A DNA stretch of 64,000 nt from Bdellovibrionota bacterium (GCA_965207455.1 CBDBMJ010000003.1:96001-160000); one strand, 5' to 3'. Numbered from the stretch's first letter, positions 38,753 to 49,405 are shown. The notes: generated from the sequence alone by a model not told the origin. A program made the numbers and translations.

Positions 38753-39295
38753 CTATTGCACAGTATAGTTAGAAAAATACGTTTCCATCACAGTGCCCGT
38801 TTTCAGTAATTTATTGATCCCCTTGGTAATGGAGTGACGAATTAAAGCGCTGGGTTCACTGTTCGTTAACTCCAAATAACTTTTCGACGCAATGACTGAG
38901 TGAATTAAATCTTCTATTTTCACCTGAATGGCTTCTACCTCTTCCAAGCAACGCTTGTTATTGCACCGTAAGGACACCTCTAAATTCGCATAGTGGAAAC
39001 GCTTCGATCCCCTTCTTCCCTTAAGATTCACATTCATCTCAGGGAGGGTTACGATATGAACCGTGTCTTCCACAAGAGCACCCATATCCACTTTTCTTTC
39101 TAAGTCTTTGGCTGCGTCCATTTCCTTAGACGGTTCCTGTTGATAAATAATTTGAGTATAGAAAATATAGGAAACCCCACCAAGAACGATAATGATATTG
39201 AAAAGGGCAAGAAAAAAAACGGGTGCGCTTAAGCCTAAAATAATAAAAGGCTTTTTTTCCTCTTCAGCGCTTTGAGAAATTTCAGTGTCTGCCAT
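38753..39295 (-). CDS. fliL: Flagellar basal-body protein FliL
   Basis: Single TM, then LPEMNVNL...IEDLI...INKLL...YFSNYTVQ. Confidence 0.8.
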   Translation of the reverse strand: MADTEISQSAEEEKKPFIILGLSAPVFFLALFNIIIVLGGVSYIFYTQIIYQQEPSKEMDAAKDLERKVDMGALVEDTVHIVTLPEMNVNLKGRRGSKRFHYANLEVSLRCNNKRCLEEVEAIQVKIEDLIHSVIASKSYLELTNSEPSALIRHSITKGINKLLKTGTVMETYFSNYTVQ

Positions 39296-40400
39296 CCAGC
39301 TTTACTGCTTCAAAAGGTAAGTTTAGGTCATCAGCTACTTGTTTATAAGCCACCTTTCCATTATACACATTTACTCCTCGATACAAAGCCGAATCTCTTG
39401 CTATGGCTTCCTTAAAACCCAATTCCGCTAAGGATTGAGCATATTTCAAGGTACGGTTTGTAAGAGCGTAAGCGGATGTTTTCGCTACCGCGCTGGGCAT
39501 GTTTGTTACACCGTAATGGATCACTCCTTGCTCCCGGTAGGTGGGATTGGAGTGGGAAGTGGGTCGGATGGTTTCAATACAACCACCCTGGTCTATGGCA
39601 ACGTCCACAATTACGGAACCCTCCTCCATCGACGAAACCATCTCCTTAGTTACCAACTTAGGCGCCCGAGCGCCGGGAAGTAAAACAGTACCAATCAGAA
39701 GGTCCGCTTCCTTTACCGCATTTCCCACGTTGATGGGATTGGAGTACAGGGTGGAGATAGTGTTACCGAAAATCTCGTCTAAGTATTGCAGGCGGGTCAT
39801 GTTGATATCCAATAACGTAACTTGAGCTCCCATACCCATAGCGATCATCGCTGCATTTGTACCTGCTGTTCCCGCACCAAGAATAGAAACTTTTGCTCTC
39901 TTCACGCCGGGAACTCCAGAGAGGAGCACTCCTTTTCCGCCGCTATCCTTTTGCAAATAATGGGATCCAATTTGTGTAGCCATACGCCCTGCCACCTCGG
40001 ACATGGGTATAAGAAGGGGAAGGGATTTATCTTCCAACTGAATGGTTTCGTATGCAATAGCCGTCACACCTCTCTCCATCAGTTCCATGGTGAGTTTCCG
40101 CTCAGGGGCTAGGTGGAGGTATGTATAGAGGATATGACCCTCTCGTAGAAGGTCTAAGTCTTGTTGTATGGGTTCCTTAACTTTAATGATCATTTCCCCA
40201 TTGTGGAAAACCTCTTCTGCGGTAGCAAGCACTTGAGCACCCGCTTGTTCAAAATCCTCGTCGGTAATACTGGCAGCTATGCCAGCGTCCTTTTGTACAA
40301 ACACGGTATGTCCTTGGTTCACCAATGCTCGCACACCTCCAGGCACAAGCCCCACTCGGTTTTCGTTATTTTTTATTTCCTTTGGTACTCCTATTTTCAT
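39282..40400 (-). CDS. ald: Alanine dehydrogenase
   Basis: MKIGVPKEIKNNENRV, KVKEP, YLHLA, PMSEVAGR, VDVAIDQGGC. Confidence 0.97.
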   Translation of the reverse strand: MKIGVPKEIKNNENRVGLVPGGVRALVNQGHTVFVQKDAGIAASITDEDFEQAGAQVLATAEEVFHNGEMIIKVKEPIQQDLDLLREGHILYTYLHLAPERKLTMELMERGVTAIAYETIQLEDKSLPLLIPMSEVAGRMATQIGSHYLQKDSGGKGVLLSGVPGVKRAKVSILGAGTAGTNAAMIAMGMGAQVTLLDINMTRLQYLDEIFGNTISTLYSNPINVGNAVKEADLLIGTVLLPGARAPKLVTKEMVSSMEEGSVIVDVAIDQGGCIETIRPTSHSNPTYREQGVIHYGVTNMPSAVAKTSAYALTNRTLKYAQSLAELGFKEAIARDSALYRGVNVYNGKVAYKQVADDLNLPFEAVKLDGRH

Positions 40401-40416
40401 GTTCTCTTTCCTTTCG

Positions 40417-41226
40417 TTATGGTTGTACATATAAACGAAGTCCATCATAGGCTGGGACTATGCGTGGTGGCAATATTTTTCGAAATTTTTCATACTCCAA
40501 TTCATGGCTCATATGGGTAAATACGGTTTTTTTAGCGTTGATGCTGCGAGCATAATCCAGTGCTGCCTCCACATGCAAGTGGGTGGGGTGGGGGGCTACC
40601 CTGAGACAACTTAAAATAAGCAGGTCGAGATTTTTTAGTTTCCCAAGCGTTTGAGGAGAAATTTTATGACAGTCGGTGATGTAGGCCATGGTGCCAATGC
40701 GGTAACCAAGAACTTTCATTTTCCCATGGGCGACGGGCAGGGGTAGGATCTCTATTTTTTGTAGTTGGGTGTGGGAAGTGTGTTGGAGTCGGAAGGGTTT
40801 ATCGTCGGCCACCGGCTGTAGCTGTACCTTGGGGGAACTGCTTAAGTTTTTCAGGGAGGAGAAAATATAAGCGAATCGTCGTTGAATTGCTTCCAACACT
40901 TTCTTTTCACCATAAAAGGGAATCGCCCCGCCCTGATAAAAATTAAAGGGGCGTATGTCGTCAATACCATGGATATGATCCGCATGATCATGGGTGACAA
41001 GTACTGCGTCTAACCTTGGGTTGCGCGCAGGGAAAAAGCGTAGCACCTGTTGGCGCAAGTCAGGAGAAGTGTCGATCAATATGGAACCTTTCCCAGGACC
41101 CAATGGCTCCACAAGACAACTTGCCCGCAAGCGATTATTTTTTGGTTCCTGGAATTTTTTTTTCGTTTGTTGACCAATGATGGGCGAACCGAGGGAAGTT
41201 CCAGAACCCAAGATAGTAATGCGCAT
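40417..41226 (-). CDS. Metallo-beta-lactamase-fold phosphodiesterase (PhnP-like)
   Basis: ILGSGTS, IDTSPDLRQQ, THDHADH, YITD, THMSH, AYDG. Confidence 0.9.
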   Translation of the reverse strand: MRITILGSGTSLGSPIIGQQTKKKFQEPKNNRLRASCLVEPLGPGKGSILIDTSPDLRQQVLRFFPARNPRLDAVLVTHDHADHIHGIDDIRPFNFYQGGAIPFYGEKKVLEAIQRRFAYIFSSLKNLSSSPKVQLQPVADDKPFRLQHTSHTQLQKIEILPLPVAHGKMKVLGYRIGTMAYITDCHKISPQTLGKLKNLDLLILSCLRVAPHPTHLHVEAALDYARSINAKKTVFTHMSHELEYEKFRKILPPRIVPAYDGLRLYVQP

Positions 41227-41306
41227 TTTTGGTTTACCTTGCCGCCGTTTTTGTGACATAACATTCTTCTAGCACTTTGTGCGCGTATAGGAAATAGGAA
41301 GCCAAT

Positions 41307-42293
41307 ATGAATATTTTAGTAACGGGAGCCAGTGGTTTTGTGGGAAGCACCTTGAGTGAATCCTTATTTCGACAGGGGCACAAGGTACGCCTACTGATGC
41401 GAAAAGCCAGTTCCCTACGAAACCTGGACACCTCAAAGTTCTCCATTGTTTATGGCGACTTACGAGACCAAGACTCCCTCCACGAGGCAGTAACAGGAGT
41501 GGATATTATCTTCCATGTGGCTGGTGTGATTAGTGCGCCCCGAAAAGTAGGGTATTTTCAAAACAATACCCAAGGGACCGCTAATTTAGCCCAAGCCGCC
41601 CAGAAAAACCCCAACTTAAAATGTTTTGTGTATGTGAGTTCCCTAGCCGCAGGAGGTCCTGCCTCCAAAAATAAACCTTGCTCGGAAGAGGATATTCCAC
41701 AGCCCATCTCCGACTATGGCAGGAGCAAGCTAGCGGGCGAAGAGGCGTTGCGGAACCTAAACATACCGTCAGTATTCGTACGACCCCCCGCGGTGTATGG
41801 CCCCAAAGATAAAGGGTTGTTCCCTTTTTTCCAGCTAGCTAGCAGGGGTATCTCCCTTTCCCTTTCAGGTATTCGAGAAAAACCCGGAGGGTATAGCCTC
41901 ATTCATGTGGACGATTTAGTGCAATTTTTAATCACCGTGGGCACGTCCACTAAGGTCTGGTCCCCGGGTGAAGTATTCTATGTGGCTGAGGACAACATCT
42001 ATACCTGGGATCAAATGATGGCGTCCATGGCCCATGCCTTTCAAAAAAAAACTCTATCCATTCCCCTGCCCTTGGGCGTTCTCAAAGCTGCTGGAACTGT
42101 TCTGGGAACCTTGGGCCGCATCAGTGGCAAGCAATTTTTATTTAATCAAGATAAGGCCAAAGAGCTTTGCGTTTCCTATTGGACCTGCTCCAATACAAAG
42201 GCGAAAAAGGAATTAGGCTTCACACCTCAGTGGTCAATGGACTCTGGCTTTTCCCAGACGGCGCAATGGTATCGGGACCGGGCGTGGTTATAG
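41307..42293 (+). CDS. NAD-dependent epimerase/dehydratase (extended SDR); ceramide reductase candidate
   Basis: TGASGFVG, YGRSK, RPPAVYGP, HVDD. Confidence 0.85.
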   Translation: MNILVTGASGFVGSTLSESLFRQGHKVRLLMRKASSLRNLDTSKFSIVYGDLRDQDSLHEAVTGVDIIFHVAGVISAPRKVGYFQNNTQGTANLAQAAQKNPNLKCFVYVSSLAAGGPASKNKPCSEEDIPQPISDYGRSKLAGEEALRNLNIPSVFVRPPAVYGPKDKGLFPFFQLASRGISLSLSGIREKPGGYSLIHVDDLVQFLITVGTSTKVWSPGEVFYVAEDNIYTWDQMMASMAHAFQKKTLSIPLPLGVLKAAGTVLGTLGRISGKQFLFNQDKAKELCVSYWTCSNTKAKKELGFTPQWSMDSGFSQTAQWYRDRAWL

Positions 42294-42660
42294 CCTTTCC
42301 TTTAAAATAAGCCCCAAACTTAATTTCCAGATTTGGACTATACACGTCTCCAATTAAAGTGCCACTCTCAGAAAGAGTTACTTTCACGGACGCATGGATA
42401 TTGGATCGGACAATTCCATCGATAATAATTTCAGCACAATGAATATCACCGTCTATACTAGCCGTTTCTCCCACCACAATAAGGCTATTGGGTAAACCTT
42501 TTATCTTCCCGTTAATATCTCCGTAGATTCTTGTAAAGCGGTCAAAAACAAAATTACCTTCAAGGCGAGTGCCTTGGCCAATCAAGGTGAGTTCGGACTC
42601 CATGGTAAAGGTCAATGGGTCATGGAGATTATCTATATTGTTACCCAGGTGTTCTGCCAT
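42220..42660 (-). CDS. Bactofilin (polymer-forming cytoskeletal protein)
   Basis: TLIGQGTRLEG...RIYGDING...IDGDI...GAYFKG beta-helix repeats. Confidence 0.9.
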   Translation of the reverse strand: MAEHLGNNIDNLHDPLTFTMESELTLIGQGTRLEGNFVFDRFTRIYGDINGKIKGLPNSLIVVGETASIDGDIHCAEIIIDGIVRSNIHASVKVTLSESGTLIGDVYSPNLEIKFGAYFKGKAITTPGPDTIAPSGKSQSPLTTEV

Positions 42661-42661
42661 C

Positions 42662-43375
42662 TTAAATTGCTTTCTGTACTTGTAGGGAGTTTAATATTTT
42701 ACCCGATGGTGAGAAAATTAAAATCTGAAAATGTAGCTCTTCCTCTGTTATGGACGGCGCTAGAAACTGGGCAGTTACGGATCGAAACCGGGCAATGCTA
42801 AACGTTTCCCCTTTTTTATAGTCGAAGAGTACGGACCCTATGGGCTGGAGCACTCCACTGGGATAGGCATAAATAGCATTTTTCGATTTAGCTATGGTGA
42901 GAATATAGCCCCGAGTGCGTTCTTTAGCACTGTTATTGGAAAGGTCGAATTTTAACAGCACCTCATCCGTCTCCCGGTTTTTTATCACCCTTGGATTGAT
43001 AATCTCCACGGCTTGATTTTCCAACAGCGCACTTTCTTTTCCAAAAAGATTTAAAGCGCCCACATCTTCCCGAAAACCCACTGTGGCAGGAGTATTCTTT
43101 CCCAAAGACAACTGCGCTTTTTCCAATTTCCCACTCAAGGCTACTATTTCCTGTAGCTGACGCTTATTCGTTTGGACTAAGCTATCTGTTTCAAAGGCAA
43201 TATAATTTTCATATATATACAGACCAGAGAAAAACAGAGCAGAAAGTAGTAGCGTTCCCAGTACAAAGCAAAGGAGGAGTATCTCTCGCTTGATCTTACT
43301 CATGGGCAGACGAAATGTGCGAGCAGCCCCATTGGATCGCATCAATACTAGAGTTAGGTCACTGGCAGCTTTCAA
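42662..43375 (-). CDS. Hypothetical bitopic membrane protein upstream of bactofilin
   Basis: TM, short coiled coil, beta-rich periplasmic domain. Confidence 0.7.
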   Translation of the reverse strand: MKAASDLTLVLMRSNGAARTFRLPMSKIKREILLLCFVLGTLLLSALFFSGLYIYENYIAFETDSLVQTNKRQLQEIVALSGKLEKAQLSLGKNTPATVGFREDVGALNLFGKESALLENQAVEIINPRVIKNRETDEVLLKFDLSNNSAKERTRGYILTIAKSKNAIYAYPSGVLQPIGSVLFDYKKGETFSIARFRSVTAQFLAPSITEEELHFQILIFSPSGKILNSLQVQKAI

Positions 43376-43557
43376 AGGTATACCTCCATCTTACTTTAGG
43401 CTAGTTTTTCGCCCTAGGGATGTCAATAGTATACGCCTGTATGTATTTTATATCCACTCACACGATTTTATACTCTTACAAAAGAGTGTTTTGACAGTAC
43501 TCCCCAAATTCAGTACAATTTACTATAATGCTATAGCGTTTATCTACAGGAGGATTC

Positions 43558-45675
43558 ATGCGTATTCTTTGGCTCGGTGTAATAGACACAGTTTGGTCAG
43601 AAAAAGACGGCTGGGATAGTCTGCAAAAAAAAGTGGAACTTGTCCGTGTGGACACAACAGAAAAAGCTCGTGCCCAATGGAACGACACTTTTGACGCTAT
43701 AGTGATAGAGCCCGAAACAAAGGAAGCTATTGCACTACAAAAGGAAATTGCTTCCGGCGCTACGGGCGCCATTCGACCAATAATTATTGTTTCCAAAATC
43801 TGGTGTCAGATAGATTTTAACCAACACTCTGCCTCGGAACTCCCTGCCAATCACTATAGTTCTCTGCCCATGACCTTGGATAGCTTTATGGGGTTCTTGG
43901 AAAACTTGGGTGAGGCTCAGCAGGAAGTCCCCCAAGGAAGTGTTTCTCCGGATGCTTCTCCGGGTGTTTCTCCCACCGCTTCTCCTGCGGCTCCTCGAAA
44001 GCCATCGGATCTATTGCGATCTGCTGATGAAGCCGCTTCTTTTAATTATTCCTTTTCTGAGACTCCTCCCTCCCAAGCGCCATTAGGCAAAAAAGAAGGG
44101 TCGCCAAAGGAAACGTCCAAGGGGTCGCCAAAGGAAACACCAAATGAGTCCATAGATATTACAAAACTGGTAAAGGCCACTGTGCCTCCTAAAGACGATC
44201 CAGTGCCTACTCCAACAGCGCCAACAGAAGGTCTGCCACTACCACCGGCAGTGCCAACTCCCATGGAAGCTGCTCCACCACTAGCAGCACCCCCATCAGT
44301 GCCTCCAGTACCGGCAGTGCTGCCATCGCCACTACAAGCAGTACCACCAGTAACACCCCCATCAGCAGTACCTCCAACAACAATACCTGCCCAGCTTCCA
44401 GACGCACCCGCTCAGTCTTCTAAGCCCACTAGCGAAACTCCTGGGACTCCTGGAGAGTCCACAAAAATGCTGTTGAATAAAGTTTTCTCTGCCCTATCCT
44501 CTGCCGTGGGCAAGGGGGGGAAAACCACGGAATCTCTCCCTGAGGTTGGGGAGCAGAAAGCGCCACAAGCCCCTAGTTTGCCTCCTCTCGATACTAGCAA
44601 CAAAGTATTAAGTGATTATTTAAGCGTACGGGAGCATGAACTGGCTACTGCTTTAAAAGAGAAAGAGAAAATACGGCAGATGTATGCCTCTTTGGAGAAG
44701 AAAGCTGAAGATTTAAGAAAAGATCTATATGAACTGCAACACCAGAAGGGTTCTCTGGAGACAAACAATAGTAGTTTAAATAAAAAAATAGAGGAAAAAA
44801 ACCGTGAACTGGAAGAGCAAAAAGATCAATTGGAGTTTGAGAAAAGCAGTTTGACGGATAAGGTGAAGCTTTTAGAAGAAAAGTTAAATGCTACTCGAAT
44901 TCAGTACACGAGCCTAAAGGATCGGATACAAAAGGATATTCCTCTTATTCAGGAACGGGAAAAAGAATTGGAAAGTCACTTGGAGATTGTTAAGGGCGAT
45001 TTGAAGAACTTAACAAAAGAGCGGAACAATCAGGTGTTGGATCTCAAGAAAAAAATTACTGGCATGGAGAGGGATGTGAATATGGCTCACACTGAGCAGT
45101 TGGAGGCTGAGACTTCCAAGGAAAAATATGTGGACAGTATTTCCCGTGTCAACCGGGCCATTCAAATTGCTTTAGGTATTATTGAGGAGCAAGCCGCGGA
45201 AGAGAAAGAGGAGAGACAAGGGGAAAAGAAGGCAGCAACAAAAAAGAAAGCAGCAACAATAGAGGAAGAGCTTCTTCAAGATGCCTCAGAAAACAAGACG
45301 GGTGTGCCGAGCATAACCTCAGGTGACGAGGAAAAGGGTACAGCCCCTGAGGAGGCGTTGACAAAAGAGGAATTAGAACAAGCTGAGGCGGCTACACGGA
45401 TTTTCGATGGGAATGCAGCTCCAGAGGAGTCCCATCCTGCGGATCCGGTGCCAGGGCAGCCGCTACCAGAAGGCACACATGCAGGACAAGATGATGTTTT
45501 CGACGTCTCTTCTGAACACACTGATCACAATATCAAACCCCTTGCTGCTGATAGCGGTGACCAAGAGCAACCTTTGGAATTAGAGGTTGAGGATGAGTTC
45601 ATAGAGACAGTAGAGCCAGAGACCAATGACGAAACTAAAGTTATTGACTCCAAAGCAACAAAAGATATAAATTAA
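43558..45675 (+). CDS. Degenerate receiver-like N-terminus, Pro-rich linker, coiled coil and acidic tail
   Basis: Composition read from the translation; RBS AGGAGG. Confidence 0.8.
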   Translation: MRILWLGVIDTVWSEKDGWDSLQKKVELVRVDTTEKARAQWNDTFDAIVIEPETKEAIALQKEIASGATGAIRPIIIVSKIWCQIDFNQHSASELPANHYSSLPMTLDSFMGFLENLGEAQQEVPQGSVSPDASPGVSPTASPAAPRKPSDLLRSADEAASFNYSFSETPPSQAPLGKKEGSPKETSKGSPKETPNESIDITKLVKATVPPKDDPVPTPTAPTEGLPLPPAVPTPMEAAPPLAAPPSVPPVPAVLPSPLQAVPPVTPPSAVPPTTIPAQLPDAPAQSSKPTSETPGTPGESTKMLLNKVFSALSSAVGKGGKTTESLPEVGEQKAPQAPSLPPLDTSNKVLSDYLSVREHELATALKEKEKIRQMYASLEKKAEDLRKDLYELQHQKGSLETNNSSLNKKIEEKNRELEEQKDQLEFEKSSLTDKVKLLEEKLNATRIQYTSLKDRIQKDIPLIQEREKELESHLEIVKGDLKNLTKERNNQVLDLKKKITGMERDVNMAHTEQLEAETSKEKYVDSISRVNRAIQIALGIIEEQAAEEKEERQGEKKAATKKKAATIEEELLQDASENKTGVPSITSGDEEKGTAPEEALTKEELEQAEAATRIFDGNAAPEESHPADPVPGQPLPEGTHAGQDDVFDVSSEHTDHNIKPLAADSGDQEQPLELEVEDEFIETVEPETNDETKVIDSKATKDIN

Positions 45676-45683
45676 GCAAAGCC

Positions 45684-46532
45684 ATGGATTTGCACGCACA
45701 ATTATTAATAGATTTTTTATTACACTGTACAGGTATCAATGAATCGACTGCCATGAAGGAAGCTGTTCATCAATACTTGCGTGACCGTTTTGCGCCCAAG
45801 GTGCTGAAGGTGAGGGAAGGCTATATGCCTTTTTTTGAGGAAGGAACCATTTTCTACGAGTTCCAAAACAAGTACTTTTTTTGCCTAGAGATCAATCAAC
45901 CTGAGGTAATTGAAATATCAGGAACGGATCAGCCTCCGATGAGTGAAATGGAATTAAAGTCTTTAGAAAAAGCTATTGTTTCTTTTAAAGAGAAGTACCA
46001 AAAAATGAATGTGCTAAGAAGCCTAACTTATATTGATGATGTCACTGGTTTATACAATCAGCGCTATTTGGAGGCTGCCTTAGACCGGGAGCTTTCTTTG
46101 TCTAAGCGAAATAAAAATCCTTTTTCTGTTTTATTTTTGGACTTGGATCATTTTAAAGAAATAAACGACAGCCATGGGCATTTGGTGGGAAGTCGTGCTC
46201 TATGGGAGGTTGGCAAAGAAATAAAAAACACCGTTCGGGAATCGGATATTACTTTTCGCTTTGGTGGTGATGAGTTTGTTTGTATCCTTTCCAATACGGA
46301 TCAAACGGAAGCTATGGTGGTGGCTGAACGGGTACGAATTTGCATCAGCAATAAAAAATTTCTAACCACAGAAAATTTAAATGTTCGCCTATCTGTAAGC
46401 ATTGGTGTGGCTTCCTATCCAGACCATGCTCTTACCAGAGAGGATATTCTCAATGCAGCGGACAAAGCCCTATACGGAGTAAAAGAAAGTTCCAGGAATA
46501 AAGTGATTTTATCAAGGATCACTAAGCCCTAA
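45684..46532 (+). CDS. Diguanylate cyclase
   Basis: DDVTGLYN, DLDHFKEIND, RESD I-site, intact GGDEF. Confidence 0.95.
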   Translation: MDLHAQLLIDFLLHCTGINESTAMKEAVHQYLRDRFAPKVLKVREGYMPFFEEGTIFYEFQNKYFFCLEINQPEVIEISGTDQPPMSEMELKSLEKAIVSFKEKYQKMNVLRSLTYIDDVTGLYNQRYLEAALDRELSLSKRNKNPFSVLFLDLDHFKEINDSHGHLVGSRALWEVGKEIKNTVRESDITFRFGGDEFVCILSNTDQTEAMVVAERVRICISNKKFLTTENLNVRLSVSIGVASYPDHALTREDILNAADKALYGVKESSRNKVILSRITKP

Positions 46533-47647
46533 TGGCGAAAAAAATAAAATTAATAGTGAGTGACTTTCATTTGGGGAAAGGTTGCTTCCTAAAGGATGGT
46601 ACTGCTAATATTCTGGAGGATTTTCAGTTTGCCTCCAAGTTTGTGGAATTTTTAAAATTTTATAGTAGTGACGACCATAAAGAAGCGCATGTGGAGCTTA
46701 TTATAAATGGAGATTTCTTAAACCTACTGCAAGGTGATTATTTAGGAGTACATTCCTATCTAATTACAGAAAAAAAAACCAACTATATGCTCCACTCCAT
46801 CATCGCTGGTCACCCGGAGGTCTTTCAGGCTCTTAAGTATTTTATGGAGCAACCCAACCATGAGATTGCTTATGTAATTGGCAACCACGATCAAGCTCTC
46901 CTATTCCCCGCTCCAAGAAGAATTTTATGTGATTATATCGGCAAGGATTTGCGTTTCTACGACACGTACTATGAATTCAGTGGTGTGCATATAGAGCACG
47001 GTCACCAGTACGAGTCCGTCAATAAATGCGACATTCAAAACTATGAAATACGAGATCCCATGTATCCTGAGCCGGTGTTAAATTTACCCTGGGCCTCTCT
47101 TTTCGTGGCAGGATACTTGCCTAAGATGAAAAAGAAACGTCCCTATGTGGATAAAATAAAGCCCTTTACTTCCTATATTCGCTGGGCTCTTATTCATGAC
47201 TTCTTTTTTGCCATTTATATGATTATCTATTCCTGTACCACCTTTTTAAAAATGTCTCTTTTACAAAGTAAATATCCTCTTTTAGATTTTCACCTCACCT
47301 TGGAAAGGCTCAAAGGACTCACCCTTTATCCTTCTTTTGTAAATATAGCTAGAAAACTACTGCAAAGAAAAAAGCAACTACATACTGTTATTTTCTCCCA
47401 TACCCATGTATTGCGCTATCGACAATGGGCTGGAGGACTGGAGTACTTTAATGTGGGCACATGGAATGAGTTTACTAATTTAGATATAGGAAACTTTGGC
47501 TTACAGCACTTCCTAACCTACGGATACATTGAGCAAGAAGACAATCAAAAACCACGCACCAGTCTCAAGGAATGGAAAGGAAGTTGGGAACCCTCAGTGG
47601 AAGCTTCCAGTGTGCCCAATATACCCAGTGGAAAAACCCCATTTTAA
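46532..47647 (+). CDS. Calcineurin-like metallophosphoesterase
   Basis: SDFHLG, NGDF, GNHD, HGHQ, SHTH. Confidence 0.88.
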   Translation: MAKKIKLIVSDFHLGKGCFLKDGTANILEDFQFASKFVEFLKFYSSDDHKEAHVELIINGDFLNLLQGDYLGVHSYLITEKKTNYMLHSIIAGHPEVFQALKYFMEQPNHEIAYVIGNHDQALLFPAPRRILCDYIGKDLRFYDTYYEFSGVHIEHGHQYESVNKCDIQNYEIRDPMYPEPVLNLPWASLFVAGYLPKMKKKRPYVDKIKPFTSYIRWALIHDFFFAIYMIIYSCTTFLKMSLLQSKYPLLDFHLTLERLKGLTLYPSFVNIARKLLQRKKQLHTVIFSHTHVLRYRQWAGGLEYFNVGTWNEFTNLDIGNFGLQHFLTYGYIEQEDNQKPRTSLKEWKGSWEPSVEASSVPNIPSGKTPF

Positions 47648-47669
47648 GTTTTTCAAAAGACTAGGGCGC

Positions 47670-48959
47670 ATGGATAGGGACTATAAAAAATTTTTCTCCT
47701 TAGCCCTGCCCAGTATTCTCACAAACCTAACGATTCCATTGGCTAGTATTGTTGATCTGGCTCTGCTGGGTCACTTCTCGGATGTAAAGCAACTAGGGGG
47801 TGTGGCTCTTGGTGCGATTATTCTAAACTCACTGTACTGGATATTTTCCTTCCTGCGAATGAGTACAACTGGTCTCACAAGCATCGCTTCAGGTGAGGGA
47901 AATAAGGAAGAAATAGTTTCTCTTTTTTTCCGCGCCCTATTTTTAAGTTTTGTTTTTGGACTACTATTCTGGATAGTGCAAACACCTTTAATCCATGCTT
48001 CCTTTTGGCTCTTGAGTGGCGAAGAGGTAGTAAAGTCTGTGGGTATAGGCTATACATACTATGGAATTTGGGGCATGCCCTTTACCTTAGCGGGATTTGC
48101 TATTATGGGTTGGCTTTTGGGCCGACAAAAGCCCCTCTGTATCCTATATTATTCCACTGCACTCAATGGATCCAATATTATCTTCGACTGGATTTTTATT
48201 TATAAGCTGGGTTGGGGTGCTCAAGGAGCAGGGCTAGCCACCATGATCGCAAGCATTCTTGCCTTTATCCTGGGTTTGTTTTTAGTGCGCTCCCAATGGA
48301 AGGGCTTACCAAAGATAAACCTGCCCGCTGTTTTTCAAAAGAGTAATTTAGAAAAATTTTTAAACCTAAGTGGAAATATTCTAGTTCGAACATTTTTATT
48401 GATGCTAACCTTTTCTTTTTTCATCAATGGCTCTGCTCGATTCAGCACAAACCTACTGGTTGCCAACACTATTCTTCTACGTCTTTTCTTCATGGCTTCC
48501 TATTTCAGTGATGGCTTTGCTTTCGCACTGGAAAGTGTAGTGGGAAAATATGATGCTAGTGGCGAACGGTCGAAAATGAAAAAAATATTTCATCTAGGTA
48601 TTTATTGTAACCTACTGGTGGCTGTCGTTTTTTGTGGTGCTTACCTATTTTTCAGTAATTTTGTGCTCTCCCTTTTAACCAAACACCAGGAAGTAATTGA
48701 AATAGCTCAAGCCTACCTGCCTTTTTCCTGTGCCGTGATCTTTGTGGGAAGTGTTGCATTTATTTTAGACGGCATGGCCATTGGCCTAGCTAAGGGAAGG
48801 GAAATGCGAAACTCCATGAGCCTTTCAGTGCTTCTTGGCTTCGTTCCGTTTTATATTTGGGCTTACACGGATAACTACCCTGAAGCCCTATGGTGGGGAA
48901 TGATACTATTTATGGCACTTCGATCCCTATCTTTATATAAATTTTTAAAAATACACTAA
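47670..48959 (+). CDS. MATE efflux transporter (DinF-like)
   Basis: LALPSILTNLTIPL...VD, FLRMSTTG, DGFAFA; multiple TMs; likely ATG 47670. Confidence 0.92.
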   Translation: MDRDYKKFFSLALPSILTNLTIPLASIVDLALLGHFSDVKQLGGVALGAIILNSLYWIFSFLRMSTTGLTSIASGEGNKEEIVSLFFRALFLSFVFGLLFWIVQTPLIHASFWLLSGEEVVKSVGIGYTYYGIWGMPFTLAGFAIMGWLLGRQKPLCILYYSTALNGSNIIFDWIFIYKLGWGAQGAGLATMIASILAFILGLFLVRSQWKGLPKINLPAVFQKSNLEKFLNLSGNILVRTFLLMLTFSFFINGSARFSTNLLVANTILLRLFFMASYFSDGFAFALESVVGKYDASGERSKMKKIFHLGIYCNLLVAVVFCGAYLFFSNFVLSLLTKHQEVIEIAQAYLPFSCAVIFVGSVAFILDGMAIGLAKGREMRNSMSLSVLLGFVPFYIWAYTDNYPEALWWGMILFMALRSLSLYKFLKIH

Positions 48960-48964
48960 TTTTC

Positions 48965-49405
48965 TTGCACCCACTATATTTTCCACCCATACTTATACTT
49001 ATGATGATGTGTGCTGCTTCTTTTTGTTGGATGTCTTTTGGTCTTTTGGTGCTTTGGGTTTTAATTGCCTCTGGCCTTTTATTCTATACTTGGAATAAAG
49101 TTGTTTGTGCTCAATGGAGTGGGCGAAGTCCATTTCAATTTTACCACGCACTCCTAGTAGTACTCACGATATTAGCTTTCTGTTTACCTGCAAAATACAT
49201 GAAAAAACGTGGTGGACACTATGGGAAGCACTCATACAAAAGCAGGAGTTACCACGACGGCAGCACTACGGAAAAACATGGATACCGTGGAGACCATTCC
49301 GGCTGCAATCACGCTTGGAAAAACGGTAGCACCACAGAAAAACAAAAACACCGTAAAGAGCGCCGCATGCAGCGCCGTAATAATAAAGAAAATAAAAGCG
49401 AATAG
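48965..49405 (+). CDS. Hypothetical membrane protein with His/Lys-rich tail; start uncertain
   Basis: Two hydrophobic segments, then a basic His-rich tail. Confidence 0.5.
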   Translation: MHPLYFPPILILMMMCAASFCWMSFGLLVLWVLIASGLLFYTWNKVVCAQWSGRSPFQFYHALLVVLTILAFCLPAKYMKKRGGHYGKHSYKSRSYHDGSTTEKHGYRGDHSGCNHAWKNGSTTEKQKHRKERRMQRRNNKENKSE

